Assembly (NCBI GenBank): GCA_016840065.1
Contig: JAEOTB010000088.1
Location: 1-39,802, forward strand
Length of the DNA stretch: 39,802 nucleotides
From: Candidatus Hermodarchaeota archaeon
Lineage (GTDB): Archaea > Asgardarchaeota > Hermodarchaeia > Hermodarchaeales > Hermodarchaeaceae
Reading direction: 5' to 3'
Of the stretch, positions 7,291-17,203 are shown one piece after another. Made by a program: the position numbers and the translations under genes. Below the pieces are notes generated by a model. That model did not search any database. It was not told the origin of the DNA and was given only the letters and a program-made list of their open reading frames with translations. Positions within the stretch are counted from its first letter, which is position 1; every line of letters begins with the position of its first letter.

Positions 7291-8823
7291 GTGGGTTCCC
7301 TGACACCAAAGCCTGTTCGTCGACCAACCAGCACCCAAAACAGCGACCCAGAGTCGCTATTAACAAAGCTGGTCATTTACAACAGTCTCTCCAAAGAGAA
7401 GGAAGATTTCATTCCCTTTCAGGATGATGGGGTAAGAATCTATACTTGTGGTTTGACTGTGAATTATTTGATGCATATTGGCCACGCCAGATGCTACATA
7501 TTCTGGGATATCGTTGATCGATACCTGCGTTACCTAGGATTCAAGGTTAAGCATGTCTCCAATATAACCGATATCAGCGTAGATGATAATATACTCAAAC
7601 GTCTCAGTGAAACTAACGAGAGCTTCCAACGGTTAGTCACCCGTCATACACAGGATTACATCGAAGACCGCCGTTGCCTCGGGATTGCTGACCCTTACAT
7701 TTACTCGATTGCGACGCAGCACATCCACGAAATGGTTGAACTCGTAGAACAACTTCTCGATAGGGGGCACGCCTACATCGCCGATGATGGAGTATACTTC
7801 CGCATTAGCACCTACACGAAATATGGTCAGCTCTCAGGAATAGACCCAAGAAGTCTCAGAACTGGAGCCAGTGGACGCATAACTAAGGATGAATACGACA
7901 AGGAGACAGTAGGCGATTTTGCCCTCTGGAAACGAGCCTCACCCGATGAACCCTATTGGCATAGTCCTTGGGGGCCGGGACGCCCTGGGTGGCACATCGA
8001 ATGCTCAGCCATGTCCATGAAATACTTGGGCGAGACCATTGACATCTCAGGCGGCGGGGAAGACAACATCTTCCCTCATCATGAAAACTCGATAGCCCAG
8101 AGTGAAGCAGCTACAGGTAAACCCTATGTCCGGTTCTGGATGCATGTTCGTCACCTGATGCTTAACGGTGAAAGGATGTCAAAATCGACGGGGAATTTCA
8201 TTACGGCCCGTGAAGCTATAACGAAGTATGGGGCTTCAGTAGTACGGCTTTCACTCCTGTCTAGTCATTACCGGAAACAAATGGACTTCACACGAACACT
8301 AGTAGCTGAAGCTGAAGGAAAAATTAGACAACTTCAACATACCATTGCATCCCTTAGATTCTTCTTCGAGAAAAAGACACCAACACAAACTACAGATGGC
8401 TTGATATCTGAAAAAGTTGAGAACGTCGAAAAACAATTTCGCACAGCAATGAATGACGATTTCAACACTCCTCTGGCTATCACCCAGCTACTTCAGTTTA
8501 TTAATAGCTTTAACCAGCATCTTGACAAATACCACAAAGTGGGCAGCCAGCTAGCAAGAAAGATCTTACCAATAATTGAGCGCATATCCGCAGTTATTTT
8601 CGGAGAACTCTACGAAAAAGAGCTTGCACCATTATATAATCCAGACACCCGCCAATTAATTGAATTCATGTTAGCAAAACGCGAAAAGCTACGACAAGAA
8701 AGGAAGTTCAGCCAAGCTGATGTCCTCCGGAGAATACTCAATGAGTCCAGTATCGCAGTCATCGACACACCAAATGGTCCAATCTGGTGGAAAACTGCAC
8801 TACCTGTGCTAAAAGAGGCTTAA
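7291..8823 (+). CDS. cysS: Cysteine--tRNA ligase (start codon uncertain)
   Basis: IYTCG..HIGH, DFALWK, SPWGPGRPGWHIECSAM, FPHHEN, RMSKS, MNDDFNTP, and a C-terminal anticodon domain. Confidence 0.92.
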   Translation: MGSLTPKPVRRPTSTQNSDPESLLTKLVIYNSLSKEKEDFIPFQDDGVRIYTCGLTVNYLMHIGHARCYIFWDIVDRYLRYLGFKVKHVSNITDISVDDNILKRLSETNESFQRLVTRHTQDYIEDRRCLGIADPYIYSIATQHIHEMVELVEQLLDRGHAYIADDGVYFRISTYTKYGQLSGIDPRSLRTGASGRITKDEYDKETVGDFALWKRASPDEPYWHSPWGPGRPGWHIECSAMSMKYLGETIDISGGGEDNIFPHHENSIAQSEAATGKPYVRFWMHVRHLMLNGERMSKSTGNFITAREAITKYGASVVRLSLLSSHYRKQMDFTRTLVAEAEGKIRQLQHTIASLRFFFEKKTPTQTTDGLISEKVENVEKQFRTAMNDDFNTPLAITQLLQFINSFNQHLDKYHKVGSQLARKILPIIERISAVIFGELYEKELAPLYNPDTRQLIEFMLAKREKLRQERKFSQADVLRRILNESSIAVIDTPNGPIWWKTALPVLKEA

Positions 8824-8880
8824 ACCACCTAGGCAATTAAAAAAGAGGAGACAAGGCCCCCGGGAATAGGAGGCGCTTGT

Positions 8881-10470
8881 TTAAAGTAGACCTAGTACAG
8901 CCTTTGCAGCCAACTCAGCTACTCTGAGGAAGAACTCTGGGAAGATCCCAATGCCAACTATGAAAATAGTTAGCACAACAATGGAAAAGAGCATAGTTGG
9001 TGATGCTCTTTGGGCTTTGCGAACTTCCGGACTCGGTTCTGCGAATACCAGTATCTGAATCATTCTCAGATAATAGACTACGCTGAAAGCACTGCTGAGC
9101 AAGAGTATTGCTGTGGCAAGGTACCAACCAGCAACTACACTTCCCCAGATTATGAAGAACTTGCTGAAGAACCCGATTAGGGGTGGAACCCCTGCCAAGG
9201 AGAGGGCTCCTATGGCAAAGCACACCATTGTAATCGGCATCTTGCGTCCAATGCCTCGGAGTTTATCAAGATCTCGCGTTCCTACCTCATGAAGGAACAC
9301 TCCTGCGCAAAGGAAGAGCATACCCTTCGACAACATGTGTGCCGTTATATGAAATAGCGAACCTGTGACGCTGAGATAACGAATGAAGTCTACAACAGTG
9401 GGGTCAGTGATGTGAGTTAGTGGCATCATACCCACTGCGAATCCAAAAATGATGTAACCCACATTTGTGATTGTCGAGTAAGCTAGAAGACGTTTGATGT
9501 CTTTCTGGGTCAGAGCCATTAGGTTACCATAAATCATGGTAATGATGGCGAACCAGCTGAGGATATAGCCATACAATGGAAAGATAGCGGGGCTGAAGAA
9601 GAGTAAGAAAAGCCTGAGAATGGCATATGCCCCAGTCATGATAACGACACCACTCAGCATTGCACTAATACCACTGGGGGCGGCTGGATGCGCGTCCGGA
9701 AGCCATGTACACAAGGGCGCTATTGCTGCTTTAATCCCGAATCCAATAACTAATCCCATGATTGTTATTGTGGCAATGTTCATCGCTGGTCCTCCAGCAG
9801 GGATAAGTGCTAGATTCACTCCGATTTGGGCTAGATTCAACGTTCTAGTTAAACCATAGAGATATGACATGGAAAAGAGGATCAAAGTTGAGCCGAAGGC
9901 GCTGAGTAGGAAGTATTTGAGACCTGCCTCGACTGGCTCCGTTTTATCCTTTCGAAACGCAACTAGAGCATAACTGCTAACTGACATTGCTTCCCAGAAT
10001 ATGAAGAGTGTTAGGAAGTCACCAGCAAACACTACGCCCACCATGCTACCGACTAAAGTAAGCAGAAGCGGGTAATAGAGTCCCATTCCGTCATCGTGTT
10101 CCATATACTTGATGGAGTAGATGGCAACGAATAGCCCGAGGAAGATGAAAACGACACTCATGTAAACAGCGAGGACATCGATGTAAATGAGTGCAGCACC
10201 CGTAGCTGCATCAAAGGCCCCTGGAGGCCAATACCAAATGCTAAGGGGAGTCCACGTGGCTATACCAGAGCTATTTACAGCCATCACAATGTAAAACAGG
10301 TTCACAACGGAGAGGAGGGCTAGAAGCATGAACACAGCTGTTATTATTCCAACAGCCACGTCCCCTCTTCGTCCTTTCAGAACCTTACCGAGGAGCCCAA
10401 CGATTAGGGCACCGCCGAGAATTAATACAAGTGGGAGCAGATAAATCCATTCAACAAGTCCTACTGACAT
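8881..10470 (-). CDS. nuoN: Antiporter-like membrane subunit (NuoN/MrpD/MbhH-like) of a complex-I-like/group 4 hydrogenase
   Basis: Polytopic; motifs IFWEAMS, EAGLKY, WLPDAHPAAP, DIKRLLAYS, GVPPLIGFFSK. Confidence 0.8.
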   Translation of the reverse strand: MSVGLVEWIYLLPLVLILGGALIVGLLGKVLKGRRGDVAVGIITAVFMLLALLSVVNLFYIVMAVNSSGIATWTPLSIWYWPPGAFDAATGAALIYIDVLAVYMSVVFIFLGLFVAIYSIKYMEHDDGMGLYYPLLLTLVGSMVGVVFAGDFLTLFIFWEAMSVSSYALVAFRKDKTEPVEAGLKYFLLSAFGSTLILFSMSYLYGLTRTLNLAQIGVNLALIPAGGPAMNIATITIMGLVIGFGIKAAIAPLCTWLPDAHPAAPSGISAMLSGVVIMTGAYAILRLFLLFFSPAIFPLYGYILSWFAIITMIYGNLMALTQKDIKRLLAYSTITNVGYIIFGFAVGMMPLTHITDPTVVDFIRYLSVTGSLFHITAHMLSKGMLFLCAGVFLHEVGTRDLDKLRGIGRKMPITMVCFAIGALSLAGVPPLIGFFSKFFIIWGSVVAGWYLATAILLLSSAFSVVYYLRMIQILVFAEPSPEVRKAQRASPTMLFSIVVLTIFIVGIGIFPEFFLRVAELAAKAVLGLL

Positions 10471-10485
10471 CTCTACTCAACTCCA

Positions 10486-12051
10486 TTAGGGAAGAAGTAC
10501 ATATACCGCTTCGAAGAGGCGGTTGATTACAAAGCCTGGCCAGAACCCAATAATTATAATGAGCGCTGCCAAACCAAGCATCGGCGCTCGAACCCACCAA
10601 GTTGTTTCCTTCACCCTACCCATTGTCGTTGGTGTAGGACCGAAGAAAACGCGTTTGATGAACCAGAGCACATAGCTGGCAGTTAAAGCAGTGGAAGCCA
10701 CAGCGAACATTACCATGAAGATGCTACCCGCCATAGCTCCGCCTGCAAAGATTATCCACTCTGAGGCAAAGCCTGCCAGCGGCGGGGTACCCGCAATGCT
10801 TAGAGCGGCGATTAGCGCGATCATGGTGGTCCATGGCATCCTCTTAGCGAGACCACCCATTGCTGTGATGTCTCGTCCACGCTCATGACCCACTTGCATC
10901 ATCAATGCTCCTGCGGTCATAAACAAGAGGCCTTTACCCAGTGCGTGGGTGAATATGTGGAAAGTTGCGCCAGTAATTCCGTACAGTCCAGCCCCGGCAA
11001 GCGTCACACTAGTAAGTCCGAAGAAGATGTAGCCCATCTGGCTAATAGAAGAATAGGCGAAGAGCCTCTTCGTATCCTTTTGAGCTAGCGCCATGATACC
11101 GCCATAGAACATAGTAACAACGGCGAAGATCATAAGGTACCAGGATAGACTGGCAAAGGCATCAAACATGAAGGTCACAAGTATCCTGACAACCGCGTAA
11201 GCCGCTGTCTGGATCATAACGCCAGACAGGATCACGCTTATCGGGGTTGGTGCCTCAGCGTGGGCATCCGGCAACCAAGTATGCAAGGGGAATATCGCCA
11301 TCTTTACCGAAAAGCCTACTAAGAAGAGGACGACTAGCAGTTTGACCAGATTGAAGACAGCCGGGGTTGCCATGGCGGCTGCTAGAGTGATGATAGGTGC
11401 GGCTGGTATCGTGTAGAAGTTGACAATATTCAGAGTCGCTGCACCAGACAAGCTCCAGATACCTGCAATTCCCAGAAGAATACATACTGCGCCGATATGA
11501 GTGAAGATGAAGTACTTCATGGCAATAGTAACAGACTTGGGCTTTGTACCCCACTGGGCGATAAGGAAGTAGCTCGGGATTAGCATCAATTCCCAAAACA
11601 GGTAGAACTGGATTAGGTTGGTTGCTAGTACTACTCCGAGGATTCCGGCGTTGTATAGGAGTAGTAGCCCGAAGAATTTACCTTGTCCAGGTGACTTGGA
11701 CATATAGCCGATGGAGTAGCATGTTGCAGCTGTAGTCAGAATGAAGATAATTGTGACTACTGGGAGGTTTAATCCATCCAGATAGAAGCCGAAGAGGAAT
11801 GTGAAGGGGGAAGCTGTTTCACTGAAGATGTACAAGGGATCTATCCAGAGGAGCACTTCTTCGTAAGTCTGATAGGGACTAATAAAAGCCATTTCAAACC
11901 ACGCTAGAGCGAAGACGAAGAAACTGACAGCCATTATGGCTAGAGCGAAAATTCCGCCATAGCGCCCCTTCTTGCGCCCAATGAGCCAAGCGATTGGGGC
12001 ACCGACGACCATTAACAGTAAACTGAAGGTTAGATATTGAAACAAAGCCAC
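10486..12051 (-). CDS. nuoM: NuoM-like antiporter subunit
   Basis: LFWELMLIPSY, AMKYFIFT, FPLHTWLPDAHAEAP, GTPPLAGFASE. GTG start after GAGGTG. Confidence 0.85.
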   Translation of the reverse strand: MALFQYLTFSLLLMVVGAPIAWLIGRKKGRYGGIFALAIMAVSFFVFALAWFEMAFISPYQTYEEVLLWIDPLYIFSETASPFTFLFGFYLDGLNLPVVTIIFILTTAATCYSIGYMSKSPGQGKFFGLLLLYNAGILGVVLATNLIQFYLFWELMLIPSYFLIAQWGTKPKSVTIAMKYFIFTHIGAVCILLGIAGIWSLSGAATLNIVNFYTIPAAPIITLAAAMATPAVFNLVKLLVVLFLVGFSVKMAIFPLHTWLPDAHAEAPTPISVILSGVMIQTAAYAVVRILVTFMFDAFASLSWYLMIFAVVTMFYGGIMALAQKDTKRLFAYSSISQMGYIFFGLTSVTLAGAGLYGITGATFHIFTHALGKGLLFMTAGALMMQVGHERGRDITAMGGLAKRMPWTTMIALIAALSIAGTPPLAGFASEWIIFAGGAMAGSIFMVMFAVASTALTASYVLWFIKRVFFGPTPTTMGRVKETTWWVRAPMLGLAALIIIIGFWPGFVINRLFEAVYVLLP

Positions 12052-12064
12052 TTTGGTTCACCTC

Positions 12065-14224
12065 TTATGGGAAGAAGAATGCTAGAAACGTCCCCCCGAA
12101 TAACAGGAGGAGTATTAGGGCGAGTGCACCGATGAGCAGCAGAATCATGTTCCAGCTGTGAACACCGGTTTGAAGTTTACGGAAGGCCTTGCTGAGGTCT
12201 TGGAATCCCTCAGCGACTGCGTAGTTGAAGCGGTCAATGCCGCCTGCCTCGACATGTTTGTACATCCCCTCGGAGAACTCTATACCGGTTCTAACGAAGA
12301 TGAAGTAGAGCGCGCGGTTGTAGTACCAACGGTTGTAGAGGAAGCGGTGGAGAGCATTTTTACCGAAGCGTGAGGCATCCCAGCTTCTTCGGATGTAGAA
12401 GAAGTATCCCGGGATTCCACCAAGTAACAGTACACCTATTGTTATGAGGAAGGTCGGTGAAATGATATATGTTGCCGAAGTAAAGGTGTGGGTGAGCCAC
12501 TCAACGTACATTGTTGGAAGCGATGCTAGGTGGATGGGAAGATGGATGTAACTGCTATAGACTGTACCCCATTGTCCGAAGAAATACATGTAGATGAATG
12601 GGTAAAGGAAGCCGAGTACCAATGTGGCGACCGCAAGGATTCCGAGGGGAATCCACATCACCTTAGGTGCCTCGTGTAGTTTATGTTTCCTCTCAAGGTC
12701 TTGGACGTTTCGGCTTTGTGGGCCGTGAAAGACAAGGCCGATCATTCTTAGAGTATAGAAGAATGTGAGAGCGCCAGTAATGGCTGCAGCTGCAAGCAGG
12801 ATAGTGCCTATCAAGCTAGTAGCAGCTGTTGTAGCCAGATGCCAGGCGGAGGCAAAGATTAGTTCCTTGCTCCAGAATCCGACAAAGGGCGGAACACCAC
12901 CCAGACTCAAAGCGCCTGCGAGCATACAGATGTAAGTTATGGGCATCGCCTTTCGCAACCCGCCCATATCGAACATGTCTTTGCTGTGTACCGTGTGGAG
13001 TACAGCACCAGCGGAGAGGAAGAGGAGGGCTTTGAAGACGGCATGAGCTGAGAGATGAAACGTTGCGGCGATGAAGCCTTCAGCGTCGCTTGCGCCTAAA
13101 GCGAAGATGCCAAGCCCCAAGAACATGTAGCCAAGCTGGCTGATGGTGCTGAAAGCGAGAACTTTCTTCAATTCACGTGCAGCTATAGCCATCGTAGCCG
13201 TCATGAAAGCAGTGAATGCCCCGATTACTGCTACGGCTAGGAAGAAGTTAGGCATTACTGTTAGTATTATCGTTTGTGTCGGTCCAGCTGCTCCATGAGC
13301 AAACTCTAGGAACCCAGTAAGAAGGATTGGCATCATCCGGGCGACCAGATAAACACCAGCCTTGACCATGGCTGCTGCGTGGATAAGTGCAGAAACAGTG
13401 GTAGGACCTGCCATGGCTTCAGGGAGCCAGATTTGGAGTGGGAATTGAGCGCTCTTCCCAATGGGTCCGAGGAAGAACAGGAAGAGAACTAGGAGCATTA
13501 GTCCGCCATTTAGGACTAGCGCCAAGTTACCCAGCCATGTAAAGTCAGTTAGGAGTGTCTGGTAGTTGAAGGTAGGAGCGCCAGCGGCTGATGTGAAGAA
13601 GAAAATGAAGATGATTGAGATAAGAAGACCTACGTCGCCAATTCTCGTGACGATGAAGGCTTTCATTCCGCAGTGGCTGTTGTAAGCACCTTCTGAAAGT
13701 TCACCGAGTTGGTCATCTTTGATCGTGTTCTTCTTGTTATACCAGAAACCGATTAGAGCATAGGAGCAGAGTCCAACAATTTCCCAGCCAATAAAGGTCA
13801 TTAGAAGATTGTTAGCCATAACCAGCAAGACCATGCCGCCAATGAAGAATTGCATGAAGAACCAGTATCTGGTTAAGGAATCATCACCTTTCATATAGCC
13901 GAGGCTGAAGACCATGATGAGGAATCCAACACCTGTTGCTATACATGCCATGAAGACTGAGAGGGGATCAACTAGTACACCGAATTCCAGGCTAAAACCA
14001 GGAATTGGTAGCCAGAGATAAGAGTCCTCCAGCCATTGGGTGCCAAGAAAGGCGGTACCGTTCCATATGTCGACTATCATGGAGAAGGCAAATATTACCC
14101 CAAGCAGTACCATAATTACTGCGGCATAATCACGGAGCTTGGGGTGAATCTTTCCAAATAGCGGAGCTAGAAGGGCGCCGATGACAGGGAGCACCCAGCA
14201 AAGCCAAGGAGCATAAGCTAGCAT
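12065..14224 (-). CDS. nuoL: NuoL-like antiporter subunit
   Basis: GWEIVGLCSYALIGFW, RIGDVG, GKSAQFPLQIWLPEAMAGPTTVSALIHAA, and a C-terminal transverse helix (IDRF...LQTG). Confidence 0.9.
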   Translation of the reverse strand: MLAYAPWLCWVLPVIGALLAPLFGKIHPKLRDYAAVIMVLLGVIFAFSMIVDIWNGTAFLGTQWLEDSYLWLPIPGFSLEFGVLVDPLSVFMACIATGVGFLIMVFSLGYMKGDDSLTRYWFFMQFFIGGMVLLVMANNLLMTFIGWEIVGLCSYALIGFWYNKKNTIKDDQLGELSEGAYNSHCGMKAFIVTRIGDVGLLISIIFIFFFTSAAGAPTFNYQTLLTDFTWLGNLALVLNGGLMLLVLFLFFLGPIGKSAQFPLQIWLPEAMAGPTTVSALIHAAAMVKAGVYLVARMMPILLTGFLEFAHGAAGPTQTIILTVMPNFFLAVAVIGAFTAFMTATMAIAARELKKVLAFSTISQLGYMFLGLGIFALGASDAEGFIAATFHLSAHAVFKALLFLSAGAVLHTVHSKDMFDMGGLRKAMPITYICMLAGALSLGGVPPFVGFWSKELIFASAWHLATTAATSLIGTILLAAAAITGALTFFYTLRMIGLVFHGPQSRNVQDLERKHKLHEAPKVMWIPLGILAVATLVLGFLYPFIYMYFFGQWGTVYSSYIHLPIHLASLPTMYVEWLTHTFTSATYIISPTFLITIGVLLLGGIPGYFFYIRRSWDASRFGKNALHRFLYNRWYYNRALYFIFVRTGIEFSEGMYKHVEAGGIDRFNYAVAEGFQDLSKAFRKLQTGVHSWNMILLLIGALALILLLLFGGTFLAFFFP

Positions 14225-14244
14225 TTTTCCATTTTCCTCCTGAT

Positions 14245-14568
14245 TTAATGTCGTAGTTCGTTAAATTTCCGGATGTCAAGTGATCCGCGAAGATTGTAAG
14301 CGCGGATGATGAAAGCAAGCCCGACGGCGATTACACCGCCTCCGATACAGATGCTGATAATGACCAGCGATTGGGCCAAGGGATCTACTAAATATCCATA
14401 CCATGAAGCTGCGAAGGTGACGAAGTTTAGGTGTGCACCATCTAGGAGAAGTTCAAGACCTATGATGAACTTGATCATGTTTCGCTTTGTCACCATTATG
14501 TAGAACCCGATTGCGTAGAGAAACACAGCTGTGATTAGGAAATAAACTATAGGAACACCGTATGGCAT
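14245..14568 (-). CDS. nuoK: NuoK/MnhC-like 3-TM subunit
   Basis: KRNMIKFIIGLELL and a C-terminal RGSLDIRKFNELR. The start is reassigned to ATG 14568, which follows GGAGG. Confidence 0.85.
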   Translation of the reverse strand: MPYGVPIVYFLITAVFLYAIGFYIMVTKRNMIKFIIGLELLLDGAHLNFVTFAASWYGYLVDPLAQSLVIISICIGGGVIAVGLAFIIRAYNLRGSLDIRKFNELRH

Positions 14569-14572
14569 CAAT

Positions 14573-14890
14573 TTATTTTCGCCTCCTTTTTGCTTCACGG
14601 AAGAAGACTGAGGCTGAAAGGGCTGCAGCGAAGAGAAATACGCCCTGAACAACCATGTCAATCCCCCGATAGCCCCACAGCATCTGACTCAGTGCCGTGA
14701 ATAAGATAACAAGGTTACCCGATGAGATATCGATTAACCGGGACATCAGAGAGGTATAATACGAGGGATAACTGCTTGTAAGCAGGTTCGGTAGAGAGTA
14801 GGCAACAACCTCATCGAGACCGTAGACATAGTATCCTATAATTAGGAAGAGAAGTGCCGTGAGTACAGCACCAATTATCTTGATTTTCAT
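14573..14890 (-). CDS. MbhE/MnhB-N-like small membrane subunit (equivalent to the C-terminal part of NuoJ)
   Basis: LWGYRGIDMVVQGVFLF resembles the YRGxDT motif. Position is between the NuoJ-N-like gene and nuoK. Confidence 0.7.
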   Translation of the reverse strand: MKIKIIGAVLTALLFLIIGYYVYGLDEVVAYSLPNLLTSSYPSYYTSLMSRLIDISSGNLVILFTALSQMLWGYRGIDMVVQGVFLFAAALSASVFFREAKRRRK

Positions 14891-15156
14891 GTGACATCTT
14901 CCTCCTCAGGTTTTCCAGTGCCCCGACGCGTGGTCAGGGAGATCGCAGCCACTAGCAGGACTGTAACAGCACCTGCATAGATGGCTAGCTGGAAGAACGC
15001 AACCCAAGGTGCAAATAGTAGTAGGTAAATCAACGCTAGGAAAATTGCAGTAGCCGCAAGGTATAGTGCAGCATGAAGTAAGTCCTTTGCTTCTGCAGCA
15101 AGTAAGGCGAATACCGCCGTGAAGATTAGTAAGCCAACCAGCAGATAAAACGACAT
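14887..15156 (-). CDS. NuoJ N-terminal/MbhD (DUF4040)-like 3-TM subunit
   Basis: KDLLHAALYL...APWVAFFQLAIYAGAVTVL. The start is reassigned to ATG 15156, which follows GAGGT. Confidence 0.8.
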   Translation of the reverse strand: MSFYLLVGLLIFTAVFALLAAEAKDLLHAALYLAATAIFLALIYLLLFAPWVAFFQLAIYAGAVTVLLVAAISLTTRRGTGKPEEEDVT

Positions 15157-15319
15157 TGTTGAAACCTCAACTACAATAACCTGAGTCACCTTTTCAGGAA
15201 CTTACATCCTTCTATCGATTCTCCTTAAAAGAGTAACACTTGGTAGAAATTTTTTGAGGTAAGAAGGGTGTTACTGGAATTTCGAAAACTAAATTAACAG
15301 CCTGACCTGTTCCAAATAC

Positions 15320-15886
15320 ATGCAAGCCAAAACGAGGGACAGATTGACAGAGATGCCACCTATACTTTCTGTTTTCGGTTTCAAGGATTCCGGTAAAACC
15401 ACTATAGCTTCAGCGGCAACAAAGCACTTCACCTCCCAAGGGCATCGTGTTCTAGCTGTCAAACACGTCGGCGAGCCGAATTTCTCTATAGATCGAGAAG
15501 GCACTGACTCCCATCGCCTTACACAAGCTGGGGCTTCTGGTGTTATACTTCACAGCGACAGCTCTATCACCCTCCTACTTCCTCAGCCAGTTAACCAACT
15601 TGTTCATCTACTCCACTTGGGTGTAGCTGCTACATCTGCTGATGTAATCGTTCTTGAGGGATTCAAGTCATGGACACAACATCAGAAAGAGATAGCGAAA
15701 GTCGTCTGTCTTCGATCGAACTCCGAGGCATCAGAACTAGCAACTAATATCCATGGCCAGCTAATCGCCACCTGTTCTCTGACCCCCGATGTCTCAGGAG
15801 CATTACTAATCCCTGATCAATTACCCGAACTCCTACAAAGGCTCGATCACTGGCTTGCTAACGCAACCCCCTACAAGGTGGAATGA
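15320..15886 (+). CDS. mobB: Molybdopterin-guanine dinucleotide biosynthesis protein MobB
   Basis: Walker A GFKDSGKTT, AVKH, DREGTDSHR..AGA, VIVLEGFKS. True start may be ATG 15353. Confidence 0.9.
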   Translation: MQAKTRDRLTEMPPILSVFGFKDSGKTTIASAATKHFTSQGHRVLAVKHVGEPNFSIDREGTDSHRLTQAGASGVILHSDSSITLLLPQPVNQLVHLLHLGVAATSADVIVLEGFKSWTQHQKEIAKVVCLRSNSEASELATNIHGQLIATCSLTPDVSGALLIPDQLPELLQRLDHWLANATPYKVE

Positions 15887-15889
15887 AAA

Positions 15890-16078
15890 ATGATAGATAA
15901 TAATGATGAAGATACTCAGCCCGGCAATCCCACAACACTCATCGTATTTGGTGAGAAAGTACCACTCAACACCTTCGTTGACAAACTTTTTCAGAAACTC
16001 GTGTTCGCCATGGTAACCTCACTTCGTGCACCAGAACTCACAGGAAAAGAGAAGGTTCGAATCGAGATAACAAAATGA
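15890..16078 (+). CDS. Small protein resembling the C-terminal domain normally fused to archaeal MobB
   Basis: LIVFGEKVPLNTFVDKLFQKLVFAMVTSLR matches the VxGxxIPLNxFV...MVxSL pattern. It starts 3 nt after the mobB stop. Confidence 0.65.
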   Translation: MIDNNDEDTQPGNPTTLIVFGEKVPLNTFVDKLFQKLVFAMVTSLRAPELTGKEKVRIEITK

Positions 16079-16196
16079 GCAACAAGGCCGCAGAAGCCTA
16101 GTCACTGGAAATCTCCAGTTAGAGCCCTCACTCAAACTCACCCTATTATCTCCCCTCAGAAATCATGCCATAGAAACTTTGTAGCGTGAGCAAGCC

Positions 16197-16204
16197 TTTT
16201 ATAC
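16197..16204 (+). promoter_or_regulatory. Candidate archaeal TATA box for the nuoA-like gene
   Basis: TTTTATAC lies ~50 nt before ATG 16249. Confidence 0.35.
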
Positions 16205-16248
16205 AAATTCCAACCCTTGGAGAGCTAATAACCAAAGATGGTGAAAAT

Positions 16249-16587
16249 ATGCCTCTACCCCTTGATCTGAATACCAATCTGCTACTTATGTTCTACTTCT
16301 TTATTGCCTTCGCCATCATTCTCATTATAGTTCTACTGATATACGCTATCGGTAAGCGATTGGCCCCCAACAACCCAAACAAGCAGAAGCTGACAACATA
16401 CGCCTGCGGCGAATCGGTGCCAGGAGTAAAAACCCAATTCCACTCACACCTACTACGCTACGCAGTTTACTTCATGATTTTGGATGTCATCGCCTTCATG
16501 GTAGCTACTAGCATGGGTGTGATGGGCTGGGTAGTCGTCATCTACATAATGATTGCCTTCTTTGCCATCATCGTACTCCGCAAATAG
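16249..16587 (+). CDS. nuoA: NuoA-like subunit
   Basis: TM-loop (KLTTYACGE)-YFMILDV-TM architecture. The start is reassigned to ATG 16249, which follows GGTGA. Confidence 0.85.
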   Translation: MPLPLDLNTNLLLMFYFFIAFAIILIIVLLIYAIGKRLAPNNPNKQKLTTYACGESVPGVKTQFHSHLLRYAVYFMILDVIAFMVATSMGVMGWVVVIYIMIAFFAIIVLRK

Positions 16588-16733
16588 GTTAGTAGTCTCA
16601 GATTCGTTGGTACAGATTTCATCGTAGTAGTGTTGAATAGGTAAACGGCTCCTTGTTTTTTTCTAAAAACCCAAAGGAATTTAAGAAGAGTCGGTGGAAG
16701 TGTAGAATTGCCTACAAGGAGGCAGAAATACAA

Positions 16734-17168
16734 ATGGGTGTTCTAACAAAACTCGTAACATGGGCACGCCTCAGCAGCCCTTGGGTCCTTCACCTCAACA
16801 GCGGCGGCTGCAACGGCTGCGACATCGAAATCCTTGACGCGCTAACTCCCCGGTACGACTTGGAGAGGTTTGGCGTGTTGTTGAAGGGAAGTCCACGTCA
16901 TGCTGATGTATTATTGTGCAGTGGACCAATTACAAAACAGACAAAGAAGAGATTTCTGCGCATCTATAACCAGACCCCTGATCCCAAATTTGTAGTTGGA
17001 ATAGGGGCCTGTACAATGTCTGGTGGCGTGTTCCGCGAATGCTACAATGTTGAAGGCGGATTAGAGGGCGTTATTCCAGTAAACGCCTATATTCCTGGAT
17101 GTCCACCAAAGCCTGAGGCTATTATTCACGGCGTTGCTGCACTCCTTGCTAAACTTAAGGGCGGATAA
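16734..17168 (+). CDS. Group 4 [NiFe]-hydrogenase-type small subunit (NuoB family)
   Basis: SPW..GGCNGCDIE, SPRHADVL, GIGACTMSGGVF, IPGCPPKPE. ATG 16734 follows AAGGAGG. Confidence 0.9.
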   Translation: MGVLTKLVTWARLSSPWVLHLNSGGCNGCDIEILDALTPRYDLERFGVLLKGSPRHADVLLCSGPITKQTKKRFLRIYNQTPDPKFVVGIGACTMSGGVFRECYNVEGGLEGVIPVNAYIPGCPPKPEAIIHGVAALLAKLKGG

Positions 17169-17203
17169 TTCTTACAGTAATTTCATGACGGAGGCAAAGA
17201 AGA

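Noticed and set aside
8851-8880. Imperfect GC-rich hairpin between convergent cysS and nuoN-like genes
   Set aside because: Pairing is too imperfect to call a terminator with confidence.
14569-14661. N-terminal extension of the nuoK ORF overlapping the upstream gene
   Set aside because: The ATG at 14568 has a GGAGG site and gives a normal-length subunit.
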